Shown here piece after piece: positions 8,785 through 17,716 of a stretch of 38,254 nt of DNA. Source of the DNA: a virus (lineage: Duplodnaviria; Caudoviricetes); the IMG/VR virus record IMGVR_UViG_3300027828_000060, positions 1-38,254 of that record. One strand, 5' to 3'. Each line of letters begins with the position of its first letter. The first letter of the stretch is position 1. The translations under genes and the position numbers were made by a program. Below the pieces are notes generated by a model. The model was not told where the DNA came from and did no database searches. It was given only the letters and a program-made list of their open reading frames with translations.

Positions 8785-8996
8785 CGTAAATTTGACGTAA
8801 TTGGTTGCGTATTTTTGAATAATTCTGCTGAATTCTGATAATTGGTTCCTTAGCCAAACCCCTTTAAAATAGAGCGCTTGAGCGCTTTTGAGTAATTATG
8901 AGGGGTAATTAAAAAACAGGTTACTTGCCTCTTCTGGGCACCACGAATCACAGTAATAATAAGGCCTTCAGCGCCTTTTGACGTAAATTTGACGTA
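8780..8996 (+). other. attP: tRNA 3'-end core (8928-8943) flanked by arm-type repeats
   Basis: CCTCTTCTGGGCACCA corresponds to a tRNA T-stem 3' strand, acceptor strand, discriminator A and CCA (tRNA-Leu-like). An identical 20-mer TTTGACGTAAATTTGACGTA lies at 8780-8799 and 8977-8996, 70 bp upstream of int. Confidence 0.85.
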
Positions 8997-9066
8997 TCAA
9001 ACTACTTGTAACAACTAATCACTACTGCTATTTTGTCTCAACCATCAAGGAAAAACGGGCAATTAA

Positions 9067-10056
9067 ATGGCTGCGATTCGTAAGCGTGGAAATAAGTATT
9101 ACGCCGAGGTTAGGCGAACAGATTTTTTCCAGGGCAAATCCTTCCCCTCTAAAAAAGCAGCTCAAGACTGGGCCAGGCGTGTCGAAACGCAGCTTGATGA
9201 TGGCCACCTGGTTAAAGGAAAAAGCGGACGTACTTTTGCAGATGTGATAGACAGGTTCACTAAAGAAATTTCCCCAACTCGAGACGGTGCAAAATGGGAA
9301 GAAATCCGCGGCAAATTTTTCAAGAAGTTCAAAATTGCCAATATCCGATTAAATGATCTCACATCCCGTCATTTTGCTGATTATCGTGATGAACGCTTAA
9401 ATAAGGTTAAACCAGCGAGCGTTAGACGCGAACTTAACTTTATGAGCTCTATGCTCAGCACAGCGATGCGAGATTGGGAATGGATTGGTCACAACCCAGT
9501 TGAAAAGATTTCCAAGCCTAAAGCGTCACCGCCTCGAGATAGACGTGTTAGTCAAAGTGAAATCAAACTATTAATGCGAGAATTGAAATATTCGGAAAAT
9601 GGCCAAGTACTGCTAAAGAAACAACAAACCGCTACGCTCTTTTTGTTAGCGATAGAAACTGCCATGCGTTGTAAAGAAATGACCACTTTATCCTGGAGCC
9701 AGATTCACCTGGATAAAAAATACATCCAACTTCTCAAAAGTAAAAATGGCGATCGCAGACAAGTCCCTTTATCCACAAGAGCAATCGAACTAATTAGAAA
9801 GTTTGAAGGCCTTCATCCGGATAACATGTGCACAGTCACTGAAGGAACAGCGAGCTCCATGTTTTACAAAGCTAAAACCAATGCAGAATTGAACGATTTG
9901 AATTTTCATGACAGCAGGCGAGAAGCATGCAGCCGGTTGGCTAAAAAACTGGATGTCATGGACTTGGCAAAAATGAGCGGTCACCGAGATATAAAAACGC
10001 TCCTTAATGTTTACTATAAACCAAGCGCAGGTGATATTGCGGACCTTTTAGGGTGA
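9067..10056 (+). CDS. int: Phage integrase (tyrosine recombinase)
   Basis: Arm-binding N-terminus MAAIRKRGNKYYAEVR and catalytic motifs ETAMRCKE, SKNG, FHDSR, SGHRD, NVYY. Adjacent to attP. Confidence 0.95.
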   Translation: MAAIRKRGNKYYAEVRRTDFFQGKSFPSKKAAQDWARRVETQLDDGHLVKGKSGRTFADVIDRFTKEISPTRDGAKWEEIRGKFFKKFKIANIRLNDLTSRHFADYRDERLNKVKPASVRRELNFMSSMLSTAMRDWEWIGHNPVEKISKPKASPPRDRRVSQSEIKLLMRELKYSENGQVLLKKQQTATLFLLAIETAMRCKEMTTLSWSQIHLDKKYIQLLKSKNGDRRQVPLSTRAIELIRKFEGLHPDNMCTVTEGTASSMFYKAKTNAELNDLNFHDSRREACSRLAKKLDVMDLAKMSGHRDIKTLLNVYYKPSAGDIADLLG

Positions 10057-10120
10057 CGCTACGTGAATCTTTCTTAAATTGCAGAGTAAAAGCTAGCCAA
10101 AGATTTGCGTAGGTGCGTAT

Positions 10121-10146
10121 AAAAAGCCGCTTTACAGCGGCTTTTG
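10121..10146. terminator. Bidirectional intrinsic terminator
   Basis: AAAAAGCCGCT-TTAC-AGCGGCTTTT between convergent int and the early operon. Confidence 0.88.
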
Positions 10147-10395
10147 TTAGGCTACTTTTGTGAAGTCCACAAAGAACTCCTGACCAGGCCTAATCTTGCC
10201 GGCTAAATCAGGATTGCTTACGTAGAGTTCAACCGAACCAGAAGGAGTAAACCGCGCGAAAGTATTATTTTCGTCACTACCATCTTCCGGATAGGAGTTT
10301 GCACAGACTGGACTCATTTTCAAAGTTTCACCCGTCTCATGAACCTCAACCGAATTGACTTTCATTTTTGCTCTCATCATTTTTTGTTTCCTCAC
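10147..10395 (-). CDS. Conserved small phage protein
   Basis: MRAKMKV...ENNTFARFTPSGSVELYVSNP...GQEFFVDFT, a pattern recurrent in phage early regions. Confidence 0.7.
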   Translation of the reverse strand: MRKQKMMRAKMKVNSVEVHETGETLKMSPVCANSYPEDGSDENNTFARFTPSGSVELYVSNPDLAGKIRPGQEFFVDFTKVA

Positions 10396-10444
10396 ACCGT
10401 CAAAGGTGGTGCATACCTATAAAATTATTTTTTTCTTAAAACTC

Positions 10445-10729
10445 TCAATCTACAAAAATGCTGTAGAAGCGAGAAGCAACGATAACCTGCTCTCTAATCG
10501 TTTTTGTGTGTCCTGCTATCCCTGAGCCCATTACAACTTCTCTAAATATATAACCTTTAGGCTCCTTAACTAATTTATAACGTGGCACATAAGTTTTTAC
10601 ATCGACTTTGCTTGTGAAAACTTTTCCGGAATATTCTCCAGCTTTTCCAAGCGCGAAAATTCTATCGATATTTTCTTTCTTAATTAAGTTACCGCCTTTT
10701 ATAGTGTGTTTAACTGTGATCCTATTCAT
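10445..10729 (-). CDS. Hypothetical protein
   Basis: 94 aa, in the early operon orientation, with RBS. Confidence 0.55.
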   Translation of the reverse strand: MNRITVKHTIKGGNLIKKENIDRIFALGKAGEYSGKVFTSKVDVKTYVPRYKLVKEPKGYIFREVVMGSGIAGHTKTIREQVIVASRFYSIFVD

Positions 10730-10739
10730 ATATCACTTC

Positions 10740-11024
10740 CTATTTATTCATCAATTTCGGGCTATGTTTTGTATGCCCCCAAAGCTTCAAAAACGCACCA
10801 ACCAACGACCAAACAGATTGAGTTCGACGATTAAAACTAAGTACTTGACCTTGTCGACCTTCCTTACCGGTATACTCTGCGAACAATCGTCCTTTGTAAT
10901 TACCTGTGTTCTTGTTTCCAGAGCAATCATTTGAAATATCCATAATGCCAAGCTTGCGCGGCTTTCCAATACCACCAGGTATTAGTTCAACAGTGATTCT
11001 GATCATATTTTTTTTACCCCTCAA
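10740..11024 (-). CDS. Hypothetical phage protein
   Basis: MIRITVELIPGG...ISND...GNY pattern; operonic. Confidence 0.6.
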   Translation of the reverse strand: MRGKKNMIRITVELIPGGIGKPRKLGIMDISNDCSGNKNTGNYKGRLFAEYTGKEGRQGQVLSFNRRTQSVWSLVGAFLKLWGHTKHSPKLMNK

Positions 11025-11284
11025 AGCTCATCAATAAAACTCAGCTGTTCCTCATCAGAAACAGGAATATCCCTAATCGAACTTTGCCAAGTTAAAGCGT
11101 TAAACCGCGCAAAAGCTTCATTCCATTCATCCAGGAGCGCTTTGGTTCCCTCGAGTGGACTGCCAGCTTCATCAGCAGCGTCAACAAACTCCTGGAGCTC
11201 CTGGGACATTCTTTCAGCTATTTCCACCAGGTCGTCCTGGTTCACTGGCTTATCTTGTTGTATCCCCATTAGGCAGCCCTCCAT
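11021..11284 (-). CDS. Hypothetical acidic protein
   Basis: Acidic helical ORF coupled to its neighbours. Confidence 0.55.
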   Translation of the reverse strand: MEGCLMGIQQDKPVNQDDLVEIAERMSQELQEFVDAADEAGSPLEGTKALLDEWNEAFARFNALTWQSSIRDIPVSDEEQLSFIDEL

Positions 11285-11541
11285 CGTAATCCCCAGTTGA
11301 TGATCTCTTTTGGATACCAGCGAGTCGTTGAAGCAATAACGCCTGGTGTTTTTTCATAAGGTATATTTATGGGCGTTGGAAAGTTTGGGTTTTTACGGTA
11401 ACGGTCAACGGTCCCCATGCTTACTCCAAAATATTCAGCAATTGCTTTACGGTCCCACAGCGTCTGTTCTTTCTTAAGCTCATCGCGAACAACTTCTTTT
11501 AGCCGCTCCAGGAGCTCATTGTATTGCTCAGCTTCTAACAT
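11269..11541 (-). CDS. Excisionase / AlpA-like winged HTH
   Basis: LWDRKAIAEYFGVSMGTVDRYRKNPNFPTP...RWYPKEIINW. Confidence 0.8.
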   Translation of the reverse strand: MLEAEQYNELLERLKEVVRDELKKEQTLWDRKAIAEYFGVSMGTVDRYRKNPNFPTPINIPYEKTPGVIASTTRWYPKEIINWGLRWRAA

Positions 11542-11755
11542 CGCTTACCTCTCTCATCGGCGTTAAATGGTGAATTTTTCCAAACGGAGTGTGATGAATT
11601 TTTACCGGCCCAGTTCTCGCAACAAATTGATGCAAAATCATCGCTTGCAGTTGCTTTTCTTGATGTTCGTTGAGAATGACGGAATACATATCCTCATTTC
11701 CATCCATTAGCACCAGCTGAAACTTGGCTGGCTTTAACCTGGTTGGCTTACCCAT
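11528..11755 (-). CDS. Hypothetical protein
   Basis: Probable start MGKPTR at 11755 behind GGAGG; coupled to the HNH gene stop. Confidence 0.5.
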   Translation of the reverse strand: MGKPTRLKPAKFQLVLMDGNEDMYSVILNEHQEKQLQAMILHQFVARTGPVKIHHTPFGKIHHLTPMREVSDVRS

Positions 11756-12548
11756 TGGCCACCTCCTTGCGCTTGGCGAACGTGGCCACTTCCAGCTCTG
11801 CAATTGCACGAACCGCAGGCTTTAGCTCATCAGGTTGTTCAGCATGATTTTTTCGGTTTAGGTGAAGGTGGAGTGCACGACTTACCAGCTCAAGGTTGGA
11901 GATATCACAATTCAGCTTATCACCATCTTTAAATCGTAAGATCATATCGTCAGGAATTGGAGCGTTGTGTTGCTCCCAAACTACGTGGTGCTTAGGACGG
12001 TACCAGCCTCTATATCCGGTGTATGGATTCACCTCGTCCACCTTAACTAAAACGTATCCATCCTTACTACAAATACGCTCATCACCAAACGTTTTTAAAT
12101 TCGCTGGTACATGCCCTTTTTTAAAACTAGTAGAGCTTGGTTTGCATACTCCTTTAGTGCCCGTATTCCATGGCATGTGACCTTTAGAAAAATGTCCTGT
12201 TCGTCCGCTGTCTATCTTATGGTTATGTACAAAATATTTAATCTGCGAAACTTTTAACGTTAAATTAAATTTCTTATTTAATGCAGCGGTAAGGTCCTTT
12301 ACAGATAAATTCACATACTCCCTTTTGATAAACTCAACATGCTCATCATTCAAATATTTATACTTACCCGTTTGGCCGTTACCTTTTCTGCAGCATACAA
12401 ACCCGTGGTTAGTTAATGCGCTTTTAATTGCTAAGCGGCTTTTATCGGAATTGAATGACTCATTGAATGCGACTGTTAACTCTGGCACCTGGAGCTCTCG
12501 ATATCCTAACCACAAAAACAGTAGTTGTTCTTGAGTATACTTACGCAT
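11748..12548 (-). CDS. HNH endonuclease-domain protein
   Basis: FSKGHMPWN, FKKGHVPAN, DGYVLVKV, KHHVVWE...FKDGDKLNCDISNLELVSR (HNH_3-like), plus two N-terminal HTH-like repeats. Confidence 0.85.
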   Translation of the reverse strand: MRKYTQEQLLFLWLGYRELQVPELTVAFNESFNSDKSRLAIKSALTNHGFVCCRKGNGQTGKYKYLNDEHVEFIKREYVNLSVKDLTAALNKKFNLTLKVSQIKYFVHNHKIDSGRTGHFSKGHMPWNTGTKGVCKPSSTSFKKGHVPANLKTFGDERICSKDGYVLVKVDEVNPYTGYRGWYRPKHHVVWEQHNAPIPDDMILRFKDGDKLNCDISNLELVSRALHLHLNRKNHAEQPDELKPAVRAIAELEVATFAKRKEVANG

Positions 12549-12777
12549 CCTTACTGCCCTCGATCATTTTAGGTAGCTCACCAACTTGACCTTCGCGGTG
12601 TAACTTCTCCGCTTGTAGAGCAAGATCCGCATTTGCTACAACCTGGTTAGCCAGTTGGGCTACTGCCTTTGAACGATTAATTTCATTCTTAAGATCTTCA
12701 CCTTTTAAATCTTCATCGTTGATTCGTTCTAACTGCAGAAATAGGTGGTTGTTTAAATCGATCAGTTTGTTTTTCAT
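12541..12777 (-). CDS. Conserved phage protein typically paired with this HNH family
   Basis: MKNKLIDLNNHLFLQLERINDEDL...EINRSKAV. Confidence 0.75.
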   Translation of the reverse strand: MKNKLIDLNNHLFLQLERINDEDLKGEDLKNEINRSKAVAQLANQVVANADLALQAEKLHREGQVGELPKMIEGSKDA

Positions 12778-12853
12778 TTTCCACCTCCCGACAGAATGTA
12801 TCTTTTTTGGTATGCTTCGCTCATCGCTTGCTATCCTCTTTTATAATTTACTC

Positions 12854-13042
12854 TTAAGCTGCAGGAACCACTTCATAGCCTTCTGCAAGTTCATTCTTCC
12901 CCTGGTTGTTGACAACCAGACCCTGGTCATACATCCACAAAATACATTTTGAGCGTTCACGACGGCCGTAAATCAACCGACCATTTTGGCGAACCTCCCA
13001 GCTAGAATTTGCGAATTTTGATTGACTCGATTGTTTTTCCAC
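12854..13042 (-). CDS. Hypothetical protein
   Basis: 62 aa, operonic. Confidence 0.4.
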   Translation of the reverse strand: MEKQSSQSKFANSSWEVRQNGRLIYGRRERSKCILWMYDQGLVVNNQGKNELAEGYEVVPAA

Positions 13043-13247
13043 GTTCTACCTCCTTCATTAATTCATCACGTTCGTACTCGTGCTCTAAGACTAACGGCCC
13101 ACACTCATCACCTGCGTGGTACCAGATAACTGTTTTATCTTCACCTTCAATGGCAATGTCAAAGCCGTACATGGTTACATCATCAAGCGTTAACCACTCT
13201 CGCTTTCTGAACTTTTTAACTATCATTACTCCCCCAAAACCGCACAC
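13002..13247 (-). CDS. Hypothetical protein
   Basis: Operonic; real start probably MIVKK. Confidence 0.45.
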   Translation of the reverse strand: MCGFGGVMIVKKFRKREWLTLDDVTMYGFDIAIEGEDKTVIWYHAGDECGPLVLEHEYERDELMKEVERGKTIESIKIRKF

Positions 13248-13417
13248 AGCATAAAACGATGATTCAAATCTATAGGCGTTTTTTCATCTAACATACTTTG
13301 CAAAGTAACTGCAGCGACGCCTGTCATTAAAGCGAGCTCCAGCAATTGCCCTTTCTCCTTTGCCACTTTGACCGCCTGACGTATTTCTTCATCAGTTAAC
13401 TGACTTTCGACATACAT
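13226..13417 (-). CDS. Small HTH-like protein
   Basis: LLELALMTGVAAVTLQSML resembles an HTH; GGAG RBS. Confidence 0.5.
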   Translation of the reverse strand: MYVESQLTDEEIRQAVKVAKEKGQLLELALMTGVAAVTLQSMLDEKTPIDLNHRFMLCAVLGE

Positions 13418-16140
13418 TTAAAATCTCCTTGAGTCGGGATCCCCATTTCCGGACGCGCAACAAACAGCCCGAAACTTTCCAGCTTTTCCAGATTAAGCGC
13501 GAGCATGTGCGGTACTCTTTGTCGACCAATACGCCGCTCTACATCATCCCGTTCTACTACCCCGGCGCGAATCAATTGCTGCTTTAAAATTCGGTCACTT
13601 TTAACGGGTAAAGCGTTATATTTTTCTTTCAGTGCAGGGGTTTGCGACAGGTGCTGCATGATGTGGCTAGCGCGGATCATTAAACACATCTTTCCTGATT
13701 TATCTTCAATATCAATAATGAAGGGATACTTGAGCTGGTTGGAGTCAATCTCGCCCAGGATAATTTCTAGTATCCAGACCCAAGGCTGACGGCTTGCCTT
13801 AGTTTGTTTAATGTGCAAATTCATTTCTGTGACCAAATCTTTAACGAAGTCACCCGTTTTCACATCAATTCCGGCGAAATCACAAATCAATCGCCAGGCT
13901 GTTAACATGGCCGTATAGTTCATAACAATTCGATCGGCACCTGGGTCGCTGCTGTCTGCCATACATTGTTCTAGCATTTGCGTTTTTGTTTCTTCAAAAA
14001 CAGACTTAACCTGTGGTTTGTCCAAATCCGCCAAAAATTCCAGCCATTGCCGCATTGGCCAACGAGGCAAATCATCCGGCATCAAGGGCCCCATCCGGCT
14101 GTTAATATCAGAGCGGACTGTTTTGCCCAAAATGGTATCCACGGGAACATCTTCACCAGCCAAAAGTACCGGCGCCGAATTTAAATATTCCGTCATGTCG
14201 GTGCCTCGTCGTGTCACGGAAAATCCATAACACTCCTGAAGCAACGACATCGCTTTGTCGATAATATCTTTGCGCCTGGCGCTAATCTCCTCCCAACCAA
14301 CGGGATGTGAAGTGTGTGAAATGCTGGTTAGTAAACGGAATTCAGTTTGCAAGGACTGGCCTGAAAATACCGTAAAAGTGATAGTGCGCATTAACCGATC
14401 GAGTAGCGTTGTTTTGCCGCTGCCTTTGTCAGCCTGAAGGATCATGTGCGGCCAAAATCCCAGGTAGACTTTGAGATGAGCGCCTACTCCCCAGGCTAGC
14501 AACATCATGGCCGCGTTATCCTTAAACGTCTCCTGGTAGGATTTAACAACGGTCCGTGCATCGCCCTTATAGCCATTATGAAAAACGAGATTATGATAGG
14601 GGCACTGCTTGACAGGATCCTGAAAATAGCAATCGGTACCATCGTTAACAGTCGGTCGCCCATCTTTGAAAGCCAGGCCAACAAAGTTCATCGCATTACG
14701 CTCGCCAATGTGCACCGCACGTTCCCAAATATTTAACAGCCTGCTCATATTTGCAGGTTTATAAATTGGCCCAAACTTTCGCCACTGGTCAATGTTGTGC
14801 ACTTGCTCGTCGGTTAAGACTTTTCGCTGAAGCACTGACCCGTGCCGCGGCGTTTGCACTGCTGCTGCAAATAATTTAGTCGGTTGCGCATCTTGTTCGC
14901 CGCTGGTTGTCGCGGTAGCGCTTTGAATCGTTATCCTGGACAATCCTGCAACACGAAAGCCACACACGGATTCAGAAATAATGCTTTCTTCACCGTCACT
15001 ATTCCTACTGATTTTTTGAAATTGCGTCATGTCTGGCTGAGCGTGAAACCGCCAGTAATCTTTAAAATCATAGGTAGGTAAATAGATACGTCGACGATAA
15101 AACCGATCAATATCATCTTTACCGACCAGCCCTGGTATGGCCCACAGCTCGATTTTGTTAAGCGCCTTGTTGACCGCTTCGACTCCCTCGGCGATTAATA
15201 AATCATCAACGTCATTCACTTCCCAATCTTGCTGGTCGACAAATAGCGCACTGACGTTTGCCGCCAAGGATTCTTCGTGGTACCGCCAGGCGGCCTCCGG
15301 ACCAGGCCTGTATCCTTTCTCATTCGGCTCATCATTATCCATACAAAAATAAACTTTTTTACCGAGTAAGATGGTCCAGTCAATGCCTTTATTGTTCGTC
15401 CCTTTTGTAGCCACGGCAGCGACTCCACGGCGGCTTTCAAAAGCAGTCATGACCGCCAGGGCATTAATAGGTGATTCAACAACGTAAACCGTGTGCGCCT
15501 GCTTCAGAGCATACGGATCGGGAATATATAGAAAGCCATTCTTCTCACCCTGGCTTTGCGTTTTAAGGCCACCGTTAATCTCCGGATCCAGGTACCGCAT
15601 ATCGACACCAACAACCCGGTTACTATTAGGGCAACGAGAAATAAATGCCGGCCCAGGACCACCATGACCAACCTGGCCAGATGGAACATTGGCACTAGTG
15701 TAGGTATTAAAACCCAGGGTTTTGCGCTTTATACAATGAGCAATTACGGTTTTACTGATCGCGCGTTCGCTGTGCAAATAATCAGTGCACTCAGCAGGGT
15801 TTTCCAGGCATCGGTCAGCAATGTATTCAATGGTCGACTTGTGAACGCCTTTATTTGATTTGGTTTCTTTTTCTATACCGTACATTTCGTGCAGCTCATC
15901 TACTGCATCTGGCAGTTCAATTCCTCTGACATACATCACCAGGTCAACGCAGCTTCCACCTTCCCCACTGGAAAAATCTTTCCAATAGCCCTGGTCAGAT
16001 TTAATTGATAACGAAGGGTTTTTGTCTGGGTGATGCGGCGAATGATAATTGGCGTTGTTGCCTTTGCCTTTTTTTAATCCCAGCCGTTCTGCCAGGTCAT
16101 CCAAATTAATATCTTGTTTTAATTGGTCAATGCTTGCCAT
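13396..16140 (-). CDS. Primase-helicase replication protein (CHC2-like + TOPRIM + P-loop NTPase)
   Basis: 914 aa. YHSPHHPDKNPSL...WKDFSSGEGGSCVDLV (degenerate CHC2), VYVVESPINAL / CMDND / DVDDLL (TOPRIM), QADKGSGKTT (Walker A), VGWEE (Walker B). Confidence 0.88.
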   Translation of the reverse strand: MASIDQLKQDINLDDLAERLGLKKGKGNNANYHSPHHPDKNPSLSIKSDQGYWKDFSSGEGGSCVDLVMYVRGIELPDAVDELHEMYGIEKETKSNKGVHKSTIEYIADRCLENPAECTDYLHSERAISKTVIAHCIKRKTLGFNTYTSANVPSGQVGHGGPGPAFISRCPNSNRVVGVDMRYLDPEINGGLKTQSQGEKNGFLYIPDPYALKQAHTVYVVESPINALAVMTAFESRRGVAAVATKGTNNKGIDWTILLGKKVYFCMDNDEPNEKGYRPGPEAAWRYHEESLAANVSALFVDQQDWEVNDVDDLLIAEGVEAVNKALNKIELWAIPGLVGKDDIDRFYRRRIYLPTYDFKDYWRFHAQPDMTQFQKISRNSDGEESIISESVCGFRVAGLSRITIQSATATTSGEQDAQPTKLFAAAVQTPRHGSVLQRKVLTDEQVHNIDQWRKFGPIYKPANMSRLLNIWERAVHIGERNAMNFVGLAFKDGRPTVNDGTDCYFQDPVKQCPYHNLVFHNGYKGDARTVVKSYQETFKDNAAMMLLAWGVGAHLKVYLGFWPHMILQADKGSGKTTLLDRLMRTITFTVFSGQSLQTEFRLLTSISHTSHPVGWEEISARRKDIIDKAMSLLQECYGFSVTRRGTDMTEYLNSAPVLLAGEDVPVDTILGKTVRSDINSRMGPLMPDDLPRWPMRQWLEFLADLDKPQVKSVFEETKTQMLEQCMADSSDPGADRIVMNYTAMLTAWRLICDFAGIDVKTGDFVKDLVTEMNLHIKQTKASRQPWVWILEIILGEIDSNQLKYPFIIDIEDKSGKMCLMIRASHIMQHLSQTPALKEKYNALPVKSDRILKQQLIRAGVVERDDVERRIGRQRVPHMLALNLEKLESFGLFVARPEMGIPTQGDFKCMSKVS

Positions 16141-16321
16141 CGAGAATGTTTCCGTTATCGTCTATTGTTATTATCACTTGCCCGTTAAGCTTTTTTCGCA
16201 GAAAGACCACTTGCGGATCTTGTAAAGCTTCAGCCAGTCCGGGCGCTTCACTTTGAATTCTTGCCCACCACTTTTTTCGCTGCTGAGAATCAAGGTGAGT
16301 AAGATTGACTTTTCTAACCAA
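16127..16321 (-). CDS. Hypothetical protein
   Basis: 64 aa, overlapping the primase start. Confidence 0.6.
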   Translation of the reverse strand: MVRKVNLTHLDSQQRKKWWARIQSEAPGLAEALQDPQVVFLRKKLNGQVIITIDDNGNILDGKH

Positions 16322-16871
16322 CGGCTTTAGGCCTGCGTGTCGGATTTATTTTTTCCACTTCAACCAAAGGTTGCTCGTAATTGTCAGAAATCGGAACAAT
16401 ATTAATACCGGACATGGGATACATTTCTGGTAAGGCGCGACCACCTGGGTCACCGTTCACGCATACCAGACCATAAACTCCGAATGGGCCAGCGGTTTTG
16501 CCTCGAGTATGCATGGCAGCAATTTTTGATAAATGACCTTCCACCGTTTTAATGTCAGGTGTTTGTTTTAAAAGCTTGGCCACTTCTCGATCGTTAAACT
16601 TGCTCGGATCGACTTCGACAATCATTTTCTTTGTCATCTTGACTTCAATTTCATAGCGTTCTTTTAGCACTAGTTTTTCTCCCTTAAAGTAAGCAATTGG
16701 GGTTTCTGTAAAGTTGTAGTCTCCAAAGCAGATTTCACATATCCGCGTCTCGGCGTTAACTGAGTAACACTGGCAGAAGAAACATTTGATGTTGGGTTGT
16801 TTAAATTCCGGTTCACTGCACATATTCTTAGAGTCCTGTAGGTCCATTCTTGTGGTGTCACCACCAACCAT
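16314..16871 (-). CDS. Hypothetical protein with CxxC...CxxC motif (start uncertain)
   Basis: CFFCQC...CEIC. The 5' part overlaps the ORF at 16670-16966. Confidence 0.5.
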   Translation of the reverse strand: MVGGDTTRMDLQDSKNMCSEPEFKQPNIKCFFCQCYSVNAETRICEICFGDYNFTETPIAYFKGEKLVLKERYEIEVKMTKKMIVEVDPSKFNDREVAKLLKQTPDIKTVEGHLSKIAAMHTRGKTAGPFGVYGLVCVNGDPGGRALPEMYPMSGINIVPISDNYEQPLVEVEKINPTRRPKAVG

Positions 16872-16966
16872 TTTTCATTGTAAAATCGTGTTCTTAGAAA
16901 GGTGCCAGGCACCCAATCATTTTGAAATCGCATCCAGACGCGCGAATATTTTTTAGGTAAGCGCAT
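16670..16966 (-). CDS. Small Trp-rich protein, paralog 2
   Basis: ATG at 16966 coupled (TAATG) to the upstream mini-gene. The first 45 aa align with it without gaps. Confidence 0.6.
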   Translation of the reverse strand: MRLPKKYSRVWMRFQNDWVPGTFLRTRFYNEKWLVVTPQEWTYRTLRICAVNRNLNNPTSNVSSASVTQLTPRRGYVKSALETTTLQKPQLLTLREKN

Positions 16967-17115
16967 TAGTTCCACTCCCTATATTCCCACCAGTCAGGCG
17001 TATACTTTTTCGCTTTGCAATCGAAGTACTCACCTTTCAGAAACCAACCCGGTATTTTTTTCTTACCCACATAAATCCAGATATGGCTATAGTCTTTAGG
17101 TGTTCTAGCTGGCAT
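16966..17115 (-). CDS. 49-aa Trp-rich mini-protein, paralog 1 (not in the ORF track)
   Basis: MPARTPKDYSHIWIYVGKKKIPGWFLKGEYFDCKAKKYTPDWWEYREWN. Fills the gap exactly and overlaps both neighbours. Confidence 0.7.
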   Translation of the reverse strand: MPARTPKDYSHIWIYVGKKKIPGWFLKGEYFDCKAKKYTPDWWEYREWN

Positions 17116-17716
17116 TAATCATCATCTCCTTGATGGACTCTTTATCGGGTTTGGTGTAAATCGCGGTGGTTTTTAAATCGCTATGGCCAAGTAGCTGCTG
17201 AACGGCCAGCAGCGCTTTGGCACTATCGCCATTTTTTGCCAGCAATCTTTTGGCAAAGGTATGTCGTAGCCAATGTATGGAGCCCCGGGGCAATCCGCTT
17301 TCTTTAATCCAGAATTCAAAGCGTTTTTGAAAAGCGCGTATGGTTAGTGCGCAATGTTTTCGACTGATTATCAGTGGCCGATCGTATTCGTCCAGGTCGC
17401 TTTCAAGGTTCGCTTTTCGGTGCAACTTGAGTAGTGTTTTTAAATGGCGGCGCGCTTCTTTAACCAGAAAAATAGATTGTGCTTTTTCGCGTTTATTCCA
17501 CTGCCCAATTTGCAGATAACCGCTATCGAGTGCAGTAACGGCATCACCAACGGTTAACTTAGAGAGTGGCTGTATGCGAATGCCGGTTAAACGGATCAAT
17601 CGAATCCAGGCCAGGTCGCGTTCGGCAATTTCGCCTTTAACGCGTTTTATTGCTCGCAAAAGTTGGCGTTCTTCAGCTTCCGTAAAATATTTATCAAACG
17701 TCTCCATACGATTCAC
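17105..17716 (-). CDS. Small tyrosine recombinase, catalytic domain only
   Basis: 203 aa. RDLAW...LTGIRI, NKREK, SIHWLRHTFA, VQQLLGH, TTAIYT; no N-terminal SAM or arm domain. Confidence 0.9.
   Translation of the reverse strand: MNRMETFDKYFTEAEERQLLRAIKRVKGEIAERDLAWIRLIRLTGIRIQPLSKLTVGDAVTALDSGYLQIGQWNKREKAQSIFLVKEARRHLKTLLKLHRKANLESDLDEYDRPLIISRKHCALTIRAFQKRFEFWIKESGLPRGSIHWLRHTFAKRLLAKNGDSAKALLAVQQLLGHSDLKTTAIYTKPDKESIKEMMINAS

Noticed and set aside
8928-8943. Possible tRNA gene
   Set aside because: Only the last 16 nt are tRNA-like and upstream lacks a T-loop and cloverleaf, so it is treated as the att core.
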